Part shown: positions 63,091 through 64,000 of the stretch, piece by piece | How the letters are laid out: every line of letters begins with the position of its first letter | How positions within the stretch are numbered: position 1 is the first letter of the stretch | Assembly (NCBI GenBank): GCA_030390025.1 | Contig: CM059432.1 | Span: 65,288,001-65,352,000, forward strand | DNA length: 64,000 nucleotides | Direction: 5' to 3' | DNA from: Squalus acanthias | Taxonomy: Eukaryota | Notes under the pieces: generated by a model | Seen by the model: the letters and a program-made list of their open reading frames with translations, nothing else | Databases searched by the model: none | Told to the model about the DNA's origin: nothing | Position numbers and translations under genes: made by a program

Positions 63091-64000
63091 TATTTTACTC
63101 GGCTGGAAGATCGAAATGAGTTCAAAGACCATTCAAACCTGAGAGGAAGCTTGAAGACCATCCCCTGAGGCCATGTGTCCATTAAAACCACAGACAGCGG
63201 TCTTTGTATTGAAGGGTTATATTAGAGAGCAGTTTGGATAGCTCGCTCTCTCTCTCTCCTGCCCTCCACACAACGGAACGTCAAGAGGAGCAGAGCCTTG
63301 CTCTTCCAACCGAGACGGACTTCGACTAAGGCTGGGACTCGCATGCCACAAGGCCGGTACGGAACCAGGTAGCCGAGACGTACGGGAGGAAGCTGCAAGC
63401 AAGATCAAAAGGGCAATCTAGGTGAGCATTGCCAAGCCTACACACCCACAAGATCACTTAGCTGTGTGAGGGGGTGCCTATATGTTCCTACCAAACCAGA
63501 GGGGGTTTAGCGTTGGAAGGGTCCTATGATAGTTTAGTTCACGGGAGGGTGTTTTTAGGCCGTGGTAAGTCAGCACGGCAGGGGCTTGTTGGACAAGTCA
63601 GGGTTGTACTGTTTTAAACTGTACTGTTGTGTTCACACTGCTCGTACTGTATGCGAGTGGAGTGGTTTTTGTCAACCTTAATAAACACTGTACGGGTGAG
63701 CCCGAAAACGCTGTCCATGTTCAAATCTGTCCTCAGTAATCCCTATCGTCCAGAACTTGTAGTAAGGGGGTTTGCGTGCTCACTACGGGCGGGGCGAAAC
63801 CACTTACAATAATTGGCGATTGCGGCAGGGGCCATAGGAAATTGGCCACCGCAAAACTTGTGACTATGTCTAGAAAATATGAAATACATATTTCCCACTT
63901 TCCCTTGAATAGGGTTATTCAGTACAATGGGGAAATGTTATCACCTTTGGTTCTTTTGCTCCATGTTTTTCATTCAGCAGCCTGATGATATAAGTAGTCC

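Larger units (their letters stand above)
52410..63856 (+). mobile_element. Endogenous retrovirus, lokiretrovirus-like provirus (LTR-gag-pro-pol-env-LTR), defective, antisense to host gene
   Basis: Paired LTRs, CTTG TSD (52406-52409 and 63857-63860), PBS, PPT and all coding domains in retroviral order; many stops and frameshifts. Lineage assignment is inference. Confidence 0.93.
61115..63856 (+). repeat. 3' LTR, split into 61115-61346 and 63101-63856
   Basis: Collinear with the 5' LTR on both sides of the insertion; lacks about 10 terminal nt (..CGGTTACA). Confidence 0.9.

Noticed and set aside
52410..63856. Ordinary Ty3/gypsy retrotransposon or foamy virus
   Set aside because: LPQG RT, a second RNase H and env argue against plain gypsy; a CCHC knuckle, no accessory ORFs after env and F-like env argue against foamy virus. 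Phylogeny is still needed.

Overview
Eukaryotic genomic DNA, most likely from a cartilaginous fish (inferred from HE1/V-SINE-like and SacSINE1/DeuSINE-like SINEs and dense CR1 LINEs). The window lies inside a minus-strand peroxidasin-family gene (PXDN or PXDNL). Only two exons are present (36004-36121 and 745-914), together encoding the first Ig domain and separated by a 35,089-bp intron. The rest is intronic and packed with nested mobile DNA: CR1 and L2-like LINEs, SINEs, PIF/Harbinger elements and MITEs, and Penelope-derived tails carrying hammerhead ribozyme motifs. The standout is a complete but mutated provirus at 52410-63856 (about 9.7 kb without a later insertion). It has ~1-kb LTRs, a 4-bp CTTG target duplication, a tRNA-Arg primer site, gag with a CCHC knuckle, a UGA-CUAG readthrough-type gag/pol junction, a retrovirus-type RT (LPQG/YVDD), a degenerate tether RNase H plus a second RNase H, and integrase. 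Its env is built like a class I F fusion protein with an early furin site rather than a standard SU/TM Env. This combination matches lokiretrovirus-like elements, which I do not recall being reported from cartilaginous fishes. The 3' LTR is interrupted by a chimeric Penelope insertion that carries an inverted piece of the provirus itself. Repeat boundaries are approximate unless a TSD/TIR is quoted.
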